Below are positions 10,727-20,381 of a stretch of DNA of 64,000 nt, piece by piece. The DNA is from Pseudomonadota bacterium. GTDB taxonomy: Bacteria; Bdellovibrionota_B; Oligoflexia; Oligoflexales; CAIYRB01. The notes below the pieces were generated by a model. It searched no databases. It had not been told where the DNA came from and saw nothing but the letters and a program-made list of their open reading frames with translations. The position numbers and the translations under genes were made by a program. Location: assembly GCA_031416315.1 (NCBI GenBank), contig JANOTL010000169.1, forward strand, positions 19,526 to 83,525, read 5' to 3'. Within the stretch, counting starts at the first letter, position 1; the number at the start of each line of letters is the position of its first letter.

Positions 10727-12439
10727 ATGAGACGTATCGTGCAGCGCACGCTATTCGTGTCGGCGTTCTTCCTCGTGGCCGTCGGCTGCAAGCAGCAGCA
10801 AGCGTCCGTGATCAAAGAAGACGCAGCGGCGCCCGGCGTCGCGGGTGACGACGGGCTGGCGGCATTGGTCGCCGAGCAAATCAAGAAAGAGCCGCACACC
10901 GAGGGCGGCGACACCTTCGCCGACGGCACTCCGGTGACCGCAGCCGAGGTCGAGGGCAGCGGCAGCATGGGCCTGAAGCTCAGCGACGAAGATCCCGCCC
11001 AGCGCGGCGACAGGTCCGACGGTGGCCAGACCGAAGGCGACAAAGGCAACGGCGACACGTCGGGCAAAGGCGACGGCGACGAAGGCGGACCGGTGTGGAC
11101 CGCCGAACTGGTCGACGCCGTGACCGCTGAGATCGGCGGCGGCGCGGGCGCCAACCTCTCTGAAGGCGGAGGGCCGACGCTGTCGGACTCCGCGATCGCG
11201 GCCGAGGTCGGCGCCGAACGCTCTCAGGTCTACAAGGAGATCGAGGCACAGATCGAGGAGCTGAAGCGGGAGGCCGAAGGCGGCGGCAATTCCGGCGACA
11301 AAGGCGGCGACAAGACGCCGGACGAGAAGACTGCGCCTGGCGACAAGACGGCCGAAACCGACCGCGGCGGCCTCCTTCTGAACGACAGCGCGGAGATCAC
11401 CCGCATCCGCGGCGAGATCGCCCGCATGGAAGAGTCCCTGCGCCGCCTCCGCCTCGCCGTGTCGTCGGTCGAGGCTCGCTCGAACCTCGTGCGCCCGCTG
11501 CGCGCGCAGCCGGACCAGATCCCCTGCGTCTTCGAGGGCGGCATCTTACGTAACGGTAAGTGCGTCTGCAGGGGCTGGGGACGCGACCTCGACAAATATG
11601 AGTTCTCGCCGCCGGCCTCCCGCCGCGTTACCTCCGACCGCGTCGGGGCCCTCCGCGCCGCGGCCGCGACCCGCCTCTGCCCGAACGTCGAGACCCGCTA
11701 TTGCCACGGCTGGGCGACGCGCAGCGGGGAGTGCGGCGTGTTCGGCAAGGCCGCCGACTTTGCGCAGGGCCCGATCGTCAAGGGCGCGAAGGTCGGCGAA
11801 GCGCAGTGCTATCGCAGCTACACGAAGATTATCAAGGACAGCAAAGACAAGATCTTCGGCAGCCCGGGCAACTGCGGCGAGCAGATCGCCTTCATGAACA
11901 TGGAGTCGAACAAGGTCGAAATCTGGAAATACAACACGTCGACCGGCGACTACACCACGCAGGGCGACAGCAACGTGCGTCCGACCAACGGCGGCAACGG
12001 CCCGGCGGGCGCGGCCCTGCCGAATTCGGTCGCCGAGCTGAAGACGCTCTGCGACGGCGTCCGTGTCGGCTCGACGAGCGCTGCCTGGATCGACGCCTCC
12101 GCGTCCTGCCGCTGCGGCAGCCGCACTCTGGATCAGAACGAGGTGCTCGCCAGCGAGACCCGCGAGACCTTCACGCGCATCTGCAAATCAACGATGGGAG
12201 GCGGCTCCGTCGCCCCGACCGGCGCGTCGACCTCGACGGCGTTTCAAACCGCTCAGCCTGCCATTCGCCGCAGCTGCAGCTGCCACGAGGCCAACCAGAA
12301 CCCGAAGTTCGTCGCCAACGAGGCGGTCTTCAACTCGAACAAAGCCCGCATTCGGGCGCGGACCGACGACGGCACGATGCCGCCGCAGGGGCGCGTGGAC
12401 GATGCGACGTACCGCATCATCATGAACGCGACCCGCTGA
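10727..12439 (+). CDS. Large Cys-rich lipoprotein of unknown function
   Basis: Lipobox AVGC, acidic disordered N-half, coiled-coil segment, many paired Cys in the C-half. Confidence 0.7.
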   Translation: MRRIVQRTLFVSAFFLVAVGCKQQQASVIKEDAAAPGVAGDDGLAALVAEQIKKEPHTEGGDTFADGTPVTAAEVEGSGSMGLKLSDEDPAQRGDRSDGGQTEGDKGNGDTSGKGDGDEGGPVWTAELVDAVTAEIGGGAGANLSEGGGPTLSDSAIAAEVGAERSQVYKEIEAQIEELKREAEGGGNSGDKGGDKTPDEKTAPGDKTAETDRGGLLLNDSAEITRIRGEIARMEESLRRLRLAVSSVEARSNLVRPLRAQPDQIPCVFEGGILRNGKCVCRGWGRDLDKYEFSPPASRRVTSDRVGALRAAAATRLCPNVETRYCHGWATRSGECGVFGKAADFAQGPIVKGAKVGEAQCYRSYTKIIKDSKDKIFGSPGNCGEQIAFMNMESNKVEIWKYNTSTGDYTTQGDSNVRPTNGGNGPAGAALPNSVAELKTLCDGVRVGSTSAAWIDASASCRCGSRTLDQNEVLASETRETFTRICKSTMGGGSVAPTGASTSTAFQTAQPAIRRSCSCHEANQNPKFVANEAVFNSNKARIRARTDDGTMPPQGRVDDATYRIIMNATR

Positions 12440-12450
12440 TCGGCTCGCGG

Positions 12451-13311
12451 TCAGTTGGTGCCAGCTTTAAATTGGTGCAGCTTCATCCAGACGCTGCCGA
12501 TCTTGATCTCGCCCTGCACCTGGACCAGTTGCTTCTCCGGGGTGCCGGTCGCGATCCAAGCGTAGACCTCGCCCTTCTGTTGCAGGTCTTTTCCGATGAA
12601 GGTCTGCAGCTTCAATTTGACCGTGTCGAACGTTCCGGCCGGGACCGTCACCTTCTCCATTGCGACCGGCTCGGCCTCGAGCCACCAGTTCTTCTCGCTG
12701 GTGTAAACCGGCGCGCGCTCCTTCACGCCCATCTTGTAGGCGCGGTCTCTCAGGCTGAAGACGACGCCCAGGGAGTCCATGGCGCCGTAGGCAAGGTCGA
12801 AGTCCTTTTCCTCGACTTTGACGCCCGGCTTCTCCGTCTTCTCGTGGACCCTGCACTTGTCGTGGTCGAAATCGAGCCACTTTTTCTGCTGGAAGGGCTT
12901 GGAGAAGAGCTTGCCCTCGTCCTGCTCCATGTAGAACTTCGAGATGCCGCCGTCCCAGGGGCGGGAGATCGCCTCGACCTCCTCCTTGGCGACGAAGACG
13001 GCTTTGAACCAGTCGCCGGTCGAGGCCGAGAGGTGGAAGACCCGGTGCCAGTTGTCACGCCACTTCTGCGGCTTTCTGACCTCGAGGGTGCCGTAGCCCG
13101 CCTTCAGGCCGGCCCAGGAGATCTCGAAGGTCGACGACTCCCCGGCCTTGTAGGGGGAGGCTTTGTAGGTGTCCGCCCGGTCCATCTTCGGGACTTTCGG
13201 CAAGGGCGAGGGGCACACGACCTTGATGTCCTCGGCCTGGACCGCGGCTCCGCCAAAGCCTAGAGCTGCAATGGTTAGAAGCAGATGGCCGGCTTCGCGA
13301 AAGAGGTGCAT
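12451..13311 (-). CDS. DUF3108 family exported protein
   Basis: Signal peptide; GE...F.ISW.G..AG, D.L...FSLR, VTVPAGTFDT motifs. Confidence 0.75.
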   Translation of the reverse strand: MHLFREAGHLLLTIAALGFGGAAVQAEDIKVVCPSPLPKVPKMDRADTYKASPYKAGESSTFEISWAGLKAGYGTLEVRKPQKWRDNWHRVFHLSASTGDWFKAVFVAKEEVEAISRPWDGGISKFYMEQDEGKLFSKPFQQKKWLDFDHDKCRVHEKTEKPGVKVEEKDFDLAYGAMDSLGVVFSLRDRAYKMGVKERAPVYTSEKNWWLEAEPVAMEKVTVPAGTFDTVKLKLQTFIGKDLQQKGEVYAWIATGTPEKQLVQVQGEIKIGSVWMKLHQFKAGTN

Positions 13312-13338
13312 GCAGGGACGCTCCGGGGGTCAATCTCG

Positions 13339-13367
13339 TTGACTTGAAGGAAGCCTCGTGTTAACGA
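13339..13367 (+). promoter_or_regulatory. Candidate sigma-70 promoter for rpsA
   Basis: TTGACT-N17-TAACGA with TG extension, followed by a U-rich leader without an obvious SD. Confidence 0.35.
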
Positions 13368-13441
13368 ATTTTCCTCTTTTAACACCATTGTAGCTTCGTT
13401 GTCCTCGGTTGGGCAAAAAAGCTCGGGTTTGAGACTCACAC

Positions 13442-15208
13442 ATGCAATTGCAAGACACCAAAGTAGCGGGCCTCGGTTCGGTCAAGTGGGAAGACGAGGA
13501 CTCCGACTTCAGCTTCGAAGAGAAAGCTGGAGAAGAGTTCGCGGCGATGCTCGAAGGCGCCCCCGGCGGCGGCACGAACATCCGCGAGGGCACGATCGTC
13601 AAAGGTCGCGTCGTCCGTCTCACTGACGACATGGTCATCGTCGACATCGGTCACAAGTCCGAAGGCGAAGTGCCGATCGGCGAGTTCATGACCCCCGAAG
13701 GCCTGAAAGTGGCCATCGGCGACGACATCGAAGTCTACCTCGACACCTTCGAGGACAACGACGGCGAATTGGTGCTCTCCCGCGAGCGCGCCGAGATGCT
13801 CCGCGCTTGGGACCGCATCTCCGATGCTTACGAAAAAGACGAGACGGTCGAAGGCACGATCATGGCCCGCGTCAAAGGCGGCCTCTCCGTCGACATCGGC
13901 GTCAAAGCCTTCCTCCCTGGCTCGCAGGTCGATCTCCGCCCCGTCAGGAACCTGGACAAGCTGATCGGCAACAAGCTCCAATTCAAGATCATCAAGTTCA
14001 ACAAGAAGCGCGGCAACATCGTCCTCAGCCGCAGGATCCTCCTCGAGCGTGACCGCGAGAAGCTGCGCGCATCGACCTTGGAGAACCTCAAGGAAGGCTC
14101 CACCCTCCGCGGCATCGTCAAGAACATCACCGACTACGGTGCGTTCATCGACTTGGGCGGCATCGACGGCCTCCTCCACATCACCGACATGTCCTGGGGC
14201 CGCATCAACCATCCGAGCCAGCTCTTCGAAGTCGGCCAGGAAGTGGACGTCAAGGTCCTCAGCTACGACGAGCAGCGTCAACGCGTCTCGCTCGGCTTCA
14301 AGCAGCTCCAGCAAGACCCGTGGCTCGCCGCCGGCGAGCGCTACCCGGTCCAGACCCGCACCAAGGGCAAGGTCGTCAGCCTCACCGACTACGGCGCCTT
14401 CGTCGAGCTCGAGAACGGCATCGAAGGCCTCATCCACGTCAGCGAGATGTCGTGGTCGAAGCGCGTCCGCCATCCGTCGAAGATCGTGCAGGTCGGTGAA
14501 GAAGTCGAAGTGGTCGTCCTGGCCCTCGACCTCGAGAATCGGCGCATCAGCCTCGGCATGAAGCAGATCGAGCCGAACCCGTGGGAGCTCGTCAAAGAGA
14601 AGTACCAGGTCGGCGACATCATCCGCGGCAAGATCCGAAACATCACCGACTTCGGCATCTTCGTCGGCATCGAAGACGGCATCGACGGCTTGATCCACAT
14701 CTCCGACATCTCCTGGACCGAGCGCATCCGTCACCCCGGCGACCTCTTCAAGAAGGGCGACGAGGTCGAGGCGAAAGTTCTCCAGATCGACGTCGAAGGC
14801 GAGAAGTTCTCCCTCGGCATCAAGCAGCTCGGCGAAGACCCGTTCTACAAGGTCGCCACCGAGTTCCGTCCGGGCACGAAGGGCAAAGGCAAGGTCACGA
14901 AGCTCACCGACTTCGGCGCCTTCGTCGAGCTCGCCCCGGGCATCGAAGGCATGATCCACGTCTCCGAGCTGGCTGACGAGCAAGTCAACAAGCCCGCCGA
15001 CATCGTCAAAGAAGGCGACGAGGTCGACTTCGTCGTCCTCGCCACCGACGCGGACGAGCGCAAGTTCTCGCTGTCCCGCAAAGCGTTCCTCCGTGGCCTC
15101 CAGGGCGACGCGCTGCGCGAGTACATCGGCACGGTCGCCGAGCCGAAGACGGGCCTCGCCGACGCCTTTGCCAAGGCGCAGAAGAAGACGACGAAAGACG
15201 AAGAGTGA
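13442..15208 (+). CDS. rpsA: 30S ribosomal protein S1
   Basis: Six S1 repeats (e.g. [24 protein letters not shown]), AFLPGSQVD. Confidence 0.98.
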   Translation: MQLQDTKVAGLGSVKWEDEDSDFSFEEKAGEEFAAMLEGAPGGGTNIREGTIVKGRVVRLTDDMVIVDIGHKSEGEVPIGEFMTPEGLKVAIGDDIEVYLDTFEDNDGELVLSRERAEMLRAWDRISDAYEKDETVEGTIMARVKGGLSVDIGVKAFLPGSQVDLRPVRNLDKLIGNKLQFKIIKFNKKRGNIVLSRRILLERDREKLRASTLENLKEGSTLRGIVKNITDYGAFIDLGGIDGLLHITDMSWGRINHPSQLFEVGQEVDVKVLSYDEQRQRVSLGFKQLQQDPWLAAGERYPVQTRTKGKVVSLTDYGAFVELENGIEGLIHVSEMSWSKRVRHPSKIVQVGEEVEVVVLALDLENRRISLGMKQIEPNPWELVKEKYQVGDIIRGKIRNITDFGIFVGIEDGIDGLIHISDISWTERIRHPGDLFKKGDEVEAKVLQIDVEGEKFSLGIKQLGEDPFYKVATEFRPGTKGKGKVTKLTDFGAFVELAPGIEGMIHVSELADEQVNKPADIVKEGDEVDFVVLATDADERKFSLSRKAFLRGLQGDALREYIGTVAEPKTGLADAFAKAQKKTTKDEE

Positions 15209-15234
15209 TCCCAATCTTATCCTGAGCTCCTAGC

Positions 15235-15266
15235 GACGACCGGCCCTCGGGCCGGTCGTTTGCTTT
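15235..15266 (+). terminator. Intrinsic terminator after rpsA
   Basis: ACGACCGGCCC-TC-GGGCCGGTCGT followed by TTGCTTT. Confidence 0.7.
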
Positions 15267-15284
15267 GCAGAGGACACCCGCCCC

Positions 15285-15587
15285 ATGCGCCACGCCGCCA
15301 ACCTGATCAAGAACACCCTCCACAACCACGTCGCCGGCGCCTTCGCCTACTTCGCCGTCAAAAACCAGTAGCGCGTCGCGGTCGGGCTCAACCCGTTCTT
15401 CGAGCACGTGTCCTTGCCCATCTATCTCTGGATGCTCGCGTCGTTCCTCTTCGGCTCGATGTTCACCGGCGTCATCCTCGGTCTCGAGATCTTCCAGAAA
15501 TCGCGCACCATCCGGACCTTGCGCCGCGAGCAGCCGGCGCGCGCCACCCCGCCCCCGATCACCATCCCACCGGTAAAACCAACGTGA
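15285..15587 (+). pseudogene. lapA: LapA family (DUF1049) membrane protein with in-frame TAG at 15369-15371; possible sequencing error
   Basis: MRHAANLIK..FAYFAVKNQ*RVAVGLNPF..SLPIYLWMLASFLFG..RTIRTLRRE; AGAGGA RBS; follows rpsA; its TGA overlaps the rsmB GTG. Confidence 0.7.
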
Positions 15588-16957
15588 CCCAGTCGTGCTC
15601 CCCCGCCCGTGAAGTTGCCTACGACGCCTACGCCCTCGTCATGGACAAAGGCGCGAACCCCGACGAGACCGTGGACCTGCTCGCCGCCAAGATGGCGAAG
15701 CCCTTGAAGCGGCTCGACCGCAACTTCATCAAAGAGATGCTCTACGGCTCCTTGCGCTGGCACGCCAAGATCTTCTGGATCTTGCAGAACACGTCCAAGC
15801 GCGATTTGGCCGGCACCTCGCCGGAGATCAGGGCCGCGCTCGTCCTCGGCACGTATCAGATCTTCTACATGGACCGTGTGCCGGATCGCGCTGCGGTCAA
15901 CGAGAGCGTCGAGTACGTGCGCAAGAAAGGCCAGGCCAACGCCGTCTCGTTCGTGAACGGCATCCTGCGCCAGATCGCGCGTCGCGCCGAGTATTTCGCC
16001 AAGCCGGACAAGAAGCTGAAGCCGGTCGACTACCTCGCGCTGCAGTTCTCGCATCCGCACTGGCTCGTCGAGCGCTGGCACGAGCATTTCAAGTTCGACC
16101 GCCTGGAGAAGATGCTCGCGGCGAACAACCAGCCGCCGCCATGGTTCACGCGCATCAATCTGCTGAAGACGGCTCCGACCGACATGCATCTCTTTCAGAC
16201 GCGCCTCTTGAAAGACGAGCGCGCGCACACGGAAAGACGGCCCCTGCGCTCTTCCCTGATCTTCAAGGAGGCGCCGTCGGTCGAGCCCGAGTCCCTCTTC
16301 GCCCAGGGCTTTTACACGATCCAAGACGAAGCCTCGCAGCTCATCGGGCACCTGGTCGACCCGCAGGAAGGTCACGTCATCTACGACGCCTGCGCCGGCC
16401 CGGGCGGCAAGCTCTCACACATGTACGAGCTCGCCGGCGGCAAGGCGCTGATCACGGCCATCGAAAAGCACCCCGACCAGTACGTGAAGATGCGCGAGAC
16501 CATGGCGCGCCTTGGGCACGAGGTCGGCGTGACCTGGGTCGACGGCGACTTCCTCGCCTTCAAGCCGGAGGCGAAGGCCGACCGGATCCTGCTGGACGCG
16601 CCCTGCAGCGGGCTCGGCGTGCTACGGCGCCACCCGGAAGGCAAATGGCACAAGAAGGCCGAGCTGATCCGCCACATGGCGACGCAGCAGCGCGAGCTGA
16701 TCGAACACGCGCTCACCCTCCTGAAGAAGGGCGGCGAGCTCATCTACTCGGTGTGCTCCTTTGAGCCGGAGGAGACCGAGAAGCACCTGATTTGGATCGA
16801 AGAAAAATTCGGTGATAGAATCGAGCTCGTATCCCCCGTTCAGCGGCTTCCCGACTACTACAAGCGCTACGTTACGCGCGAGAACGTGATGTTGATCTAT
16901 GCCGGCAACCAGGACGAGCTCGACGGCTTTGGGGCATTCATCCTGAGGGCCAAGTGA
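15584..16957 (+). CDS. rsmB: 16S rRNA m5C967 methyltransferase RsmB (NusB-like + methyltransferase domains)
   Basis: AAVNESVE, FVNGILR, QDEASQL, DACAGPGGK, LDAPCSGLG, YSVCS. Confidence 0.88.
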   Translation: MTQSCSPAREVAYDAYALVMDKGANPDETVDLLAAKMAKPLKRLDRNFIKEMLYGSLRWHAKIFWILQNTSKRDLAGTSPEIRAALVLGTYQIFYMDRVPDRAAVNESVEYVRKKGQANAVSFVNGILRQIARRAEYFAKPDKKLKPVDYLALQFSHPHWLVERWHEHFKFDRLEKMLAANNQPPPWFTRINLLKTAPTDMHLFQTRLLKDERAHTERRPLRSSLIFKEAPSVEPESLFAQGFYTIQDEASQLIGHLVDPQEGHVIYDACAGPGGKLSHMYELAGGKALITAIEKHPDQYVKMRETMARLGHEVGVTWVDGDFLAFKPEAKADRILLDAPCSGLGVLRRHPEGKWHKKAELIRHMATQQRELIEHALTLLKKGGELIYSVCSFEPEETEKHLIWIEEKFGDRIELVSPVQRLPDYYKRYVTRENVMLIYAGNQDELDGFGAFILRAK

Positions 16958-17739
16958 ATTTGCGCAGCCTGGCGTTCGCAGCGTGTGTCGCGAGCGTGGG
17001 GAGCGTTGCGTCCGCTCAGGCGACGCCGCCTCTGGCGAATCCGGACCGAGCCGGCGATCTGAAGCCGGCGCCGGACGCGCTCGAGACGCCGAGCGCCTCG
17101 GCGGCGCTACCTGCGGCTGCAGGTAAGCGAAATTACGGGTCTTTCTCCGAGTTGCGCGCCGAGGTCCTAGACCTGATCTCGGCGTCGACGAAGCGCGTTT
17201 GGCTGGTGACGGACTATCTGACCGACGGCGAGACCGTGTCGGCGCTCTATGTCGCGCAGTACCGGAAGCTCGACGTAAAGGTCCTTCTCGGTCGAGCGCG
17301 CGCGAACCACTACATGTCGCGCTTGAGCTATCTGAAGAATCAAAACATCCCCGTCTTCCTTAGGCCCGAGACGGCCTTGAAGACGGCGGGTCCGACAGCG
17401 CTCCTTGTCGACGGCACCTTGGCCTTGATCGACGGCGAGCTCGACTTCTTGGCGAAGGCGAAGAGGTTCAGCCTGAGCTATGCGAGCCCGGCCGAGACGA
17501 CGAGCTTCGAGTCGACTTTCGCCGTGGCCCTGAACCTGAAGATCCAGGCGGTGCCGCAGAAGATGCCTTTGGTCGGGCGCCCGAACCCGAAGGGCACGAC
17601 CTTCGTCGCGCCGAAAACGCCCAACTACTCAGGGATCGACCAGACCGGTAGCTACAACTACGAGAAGAAGCCCGAGCCGCGTCCGAGCGGCGTTCCCGAC
17701 AAGCTGCCCAAGACCACGAAGTGGCAGCAAAAAAAATAG
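16954..17739 (+). CDS. Exported phospholipase D-like fold protein lacking HKD
   Basis: Signal peptide; LI.AS.KRVW....YLTD..V.AL..A..R..DVKVLL; PTALLVDG at the HxKxxxxD position. Confidence 0.6.
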   Translation: MNLRSLAFAACVASVGSVASAQATPPLANPDRAGDLKPAPDALETPSASAALPAAAGKRNYGSFSELRAEVLDLISASTKRVWLVTDYLTDGETVSALYVAQYRKLDVKVLLGRARANHYMSRLSYLKNQNIPVFLRPETALKTAGPTALLVDGTLALIDGELDFLAKAKRFSLSYASPAETTSFESTFAVALNLKIQAVPQKMPLVGRPNPKGTTFVAPKTPNYSGIDQTGSYNYEKKPEPRPSGVPDKLPKTTKWQQKK

Positions 17740-17776
17740 CGTATACTTGGTTGCACGAGGCAAGACGGAGGCGGTG

Positions 17777-18376
17777 ATGAAGCAGCGGACGTTCCCCTGG
17801 GCGCTCGTGATGTGCGCGTTGGTCCTGACGGGTTGTACGAGCATGTGCGGCACGAGCCGTGGCAGCTTGACCCCAGAGCAAGTCGTCGAGGGCTATCTCG
17901 ACACGGCGCTCAACATGAAAGAAGTGAACGAGCGCGACAAGCTGATCGAGTACACGACCGGCAACTTGCGCGCGGCGATCGAGAGCGCGCCGGCCGAGAC
18001 GATCAAGACGGCTTACGTCGACCGTAAGTACAAGATCCTGAACTATTCGGTCGTCGAGCGGCGCGACCGCACGCCGCGGGAAACGGAGATCACGTTCCAG
18101 CTCACGTACAACGACCTCGGTGCCGACGCGCAGGCGGCGGCCTCGAAGGACGCACCCAAGGTGACGACGGAGAACACGGTCTCGGTCGTGCGCGAGAAGG
18201 GCGCATGGCTGATCAAGGACGTCATGGGCAACAAGACGGCGATCGACTTCCCGGTCTCCGAAGACTCGAAGATCACGGCGAAGCCGGGGCCGGGCATAGA
18301 CGAGCCGAGCGAGACGCCGCCGGCGGCGCCGGAAGATGGCGCCGCGCCGGAAGACGACGCCGCCGCAGGCGGCTGA
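17777..18376 (+). CDS. Lipoprotein, probable NTF2-like fold
   Basis: Lipobox LTGC; TPEQVVEGYL ... VVREKGAWLIKD. Confidence 0.65.
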   Translation: MKQRTFPWALVMCALVLTGCTSMCGTSRGSLTPEQVVEGYLDTALNMKEVNERDKLIEYTTGNLRAAIESAPAETIKTAYVDRKYKILNYSVVERRDRTPRETEITFQLTYNDLGADAQAAASKDAPKVTTENTVSVVREKGAWLIKDVMGNKTAIDFPVSEDSKITAKPGPGIDEPSETPPAAPEDGAAPEDDAAAGG

Positions 18377-18384
18377 GTCCTCCC

Positions 18385-18452
18385 TCCGCTCTTCCGCTCC
18401 TCCGAGTCTGCACGGACCGGCCTTGCCGACCACGGAGGAGCGGAGGAACGGA
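18385..18452. repeat. REP-like intergenic inverted repeat, possible bidirectional terminator
   Basis: TCCGCTCCTCCG (18393-18404) / CGGAGGAGCGGA (18433-18444), a perfect 12-bp stem with periodic extensions, between convergent genes. Confidence 0.65.
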
Positions 18453-18456
18453 AAAG

Positions 18457-20343
18457 TCAGAGACGCATCCTGCGCTGCATGAGCAGCGGGACGGCTAGTA
18501 CGAGCAAGAGCGCGACCGGCAGACCGGAGGTCGCCGCTTCCGGGACCTCGCCGGCGACGCCGCAAGCGCTCTTCTTCTTTTCGTCCTTGGACGCGGCAGG
18601 GGGCGGCGTCGGCAGCTTCGGCTCTTGGACGGGCGCCTGCGGCTCCGTCGGCAAAGTCGGCGGACCGGACTTGCCGCCACCGGCCAAGGGCGGGAGCGCG
18701 CTGGTCGCATCGTTCGGCACGTCAGCGATCAGATCGTCCCAACCGCGGCCCTCCATCGCGCGACGGAACGCGGGCGCATGCACGCCGCCGAAGAGCTCGC
18801 GCTCGGCAAACAAGAGCGCCAGCATGAGGTCGCGAAAGCCGCTGTCCGCCTTGAACAGCTGCGTCGCGCGTAAGGTGATGCGCGCCACGTCCTGCAGTGG
18901 GACCTCGTGCAGGCGTGCCACGTCGTAGAGGAGACCGGAGATGAGCTGACCGTGCTTGTGCGAATAGCAGCCCGGGTTCGAGAACGCGGCGTTCCAGCTC
19001 GGGTCGTTGCGCTTGAACGCGATCGAAGCGTTGCGGAGGCACTGCGAGCGCATCGCACAGATCGAGCTGCCGTCGGGGCAAATGGTCGGCCCGAGGCAAG
19101 GGTCGGCGTTCGCCGCGGCGACGAAGAAGTCGGCCAAGCCCTCGTGGATGACCAAGGTCTCGATGCAACGGCGCAGCTCGGTCAGCGTGGTCGACACCAC
19201 TTGATGGCCGAACTCGTGCTTGATTGCGTCGGCGTCGACCGCGAGATTCTGCAAGACGCGGCCGTCGCCCTTCTCCAGGTCGATGGAACCGGTCAGGCCG
19301 TCTTTGCCATAGTAGGGGAAGTACTGCGGTCCGCCCGGGGCCGACTCGGCGCCGTACCAGTTGATCCGCAGGCGCTGCCCTTGCGGCCACTCGTAACCGA
19401 GGCCTTCGAAGTAGTCGACATGCCGTTGGACGTGCGCGTACGCAGACGCTTGTTGAAACGCATCGTCAGTCTCGGGAAAATCAAAGTCGTGATTGGCTGC
19501 CTTTGCCGGCTCGTCGTGGACCGCCGTCAGAAAAATGCGCTCGCCGGCAAGGGTGCCGGTCCCGTCCAATCCGGGGAGCGGGATCCGCACGCGCGCACCG
19601 TCCTTGGCGTGGCGCTCGTAGACGTGCGCACTGCCGTCGATGGCGAGGGAGCGCTCGGCGCGATCGAAGACGGTGGCCTCGTCGGCCACGCTCGCCCAGC
19701 GGCCTTTGGGGGCTTCGAGCGTGAAGGACCACGCGGCATGCAGCGCGGCATCGTGGATCGCGTAGCAGCGCGAGGCGGACACGACGGCGATGTCCTCCAA
19801 ATGATCGGCCTCGTTCTGGGCGATCTCGACGCGAGCCGCGAGCTCGGCCTCGTCACGCGCCGGCCAGGCATCGGCGCCGACGGGAGCGCCCGCCGAGACG
19901 GTGGGCAAGGCGCCAAAGATCGCGAAGGTGCCGTCGGCGGCGCGGTGGGCGCGGACGTGGAAACCGCAGACGGGGACGTCGCCGAGGACGACGGCGAAGC
20001 CTAGCGTCTCGGTGCCGAGCGTGGCGCCGAGGGCGGTGGACACCGGGACGGCGCCGGCTTCGGGGGCGAGGCGCAGGAGCGGATGCGCAAGGCGCTCGCG
20101 GCCGGCGCGCTTCACCGCGGTCGAGAAATCAACGACGCCGCTTTCAATCAAGCGGAGGCCGGCGCTCGTGCCCGTCTGCGGCGCGAAGCGGCCGAGCGCG
20201 TGCTCGGTCCACTCGAGGCGCAACGCAAGTGGTGCTGCCTGAAGCCAAGTCGCGGGGGACGACCAAGACTCGCTCACGGCCGACGCGGGGGATGCGGCGG
20301 CGAGCGCAACGACGATGCCGAGCGGAAGATGGTGCTTTTCCAT
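18457..20343 (-). CDS. Secreted zinc metalloprotease (M4/M36-like) with C-terminal membrane sorting signal
   Basis: Signal peptide, propeptide-like region, DADAIKHEFGH, HEGLAD; tail KKKSACGV..TM..RRMRL. Confidence 0.8.
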   Translation of the reverse strand: MEKHHLPLGIVVALAAASPASAVSESWSSPATWLQAAPLALRLEWTEHALGRFAPQTGTSAGLRLIESGVVDFSTAVKRAGRERLAHPLLRLAPEAGAVPVSTALGATLGTETLGFAVVLGDVPVCGFHVRAHRAADGTFAIFGALPTVSAGAPVGADAWPARDEAELAARVEIAQNEADHLEDIAVVSASRCYAIHDAALHAAWSFTLEAPKGRWASVADEATVFDRAERSLAIDGSAHVYERHAKDGARVRIPLPGLDGTGTLAGERIFLTAVHDEPAKAANHDFDFPETDDAFQQASAYAHVQRHVDYFEGLGYEWPQGQRLRINWYGAESAPGGPQYFPYYGKDGLTGSIDLEKGDGRVLQNLAVDADAIKHEFGHQVVSTTLTELRRCIETLVIHEGLADFFVAAANADPCLGPTICPDGSSICAMRSQCLRNASIAFKRNDPSWNAAFSNPGCYSHKHGQLISGLLYDVARLHEVPLQDVARITLRATQLFKADSGFRDLMLALLFAERELFGGVHAPAFRRAMEGRGWDDLIADVPNDATSALPPLAGGGKSGPPTLPTEPQAPVQEPKLPTPPPAASKDEKKKSACGVAGEVPEAATSGLPVALLLVLAVPLLMQRRMRL

Positions 20344-20381
20344 CCCTTCGGCTCGGTCGTTCGCGCCCTCAGCTTAAGGCC

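Noticed and set aside
15309..15335. DGR-type hypermutation
   Set aside because: The changes look like T-to-A on the coding strand, and no template repeat or reverse transcriptase is present
15369..15371. Pyrrolysine or stop-codon reassignment at the lapA TAG
   Set aside because: TAG is a normal stop elsewhere in the window (e.g. 3672, 25801, 62595), no pyl genes are present, and neighbouring anomalies point to errors
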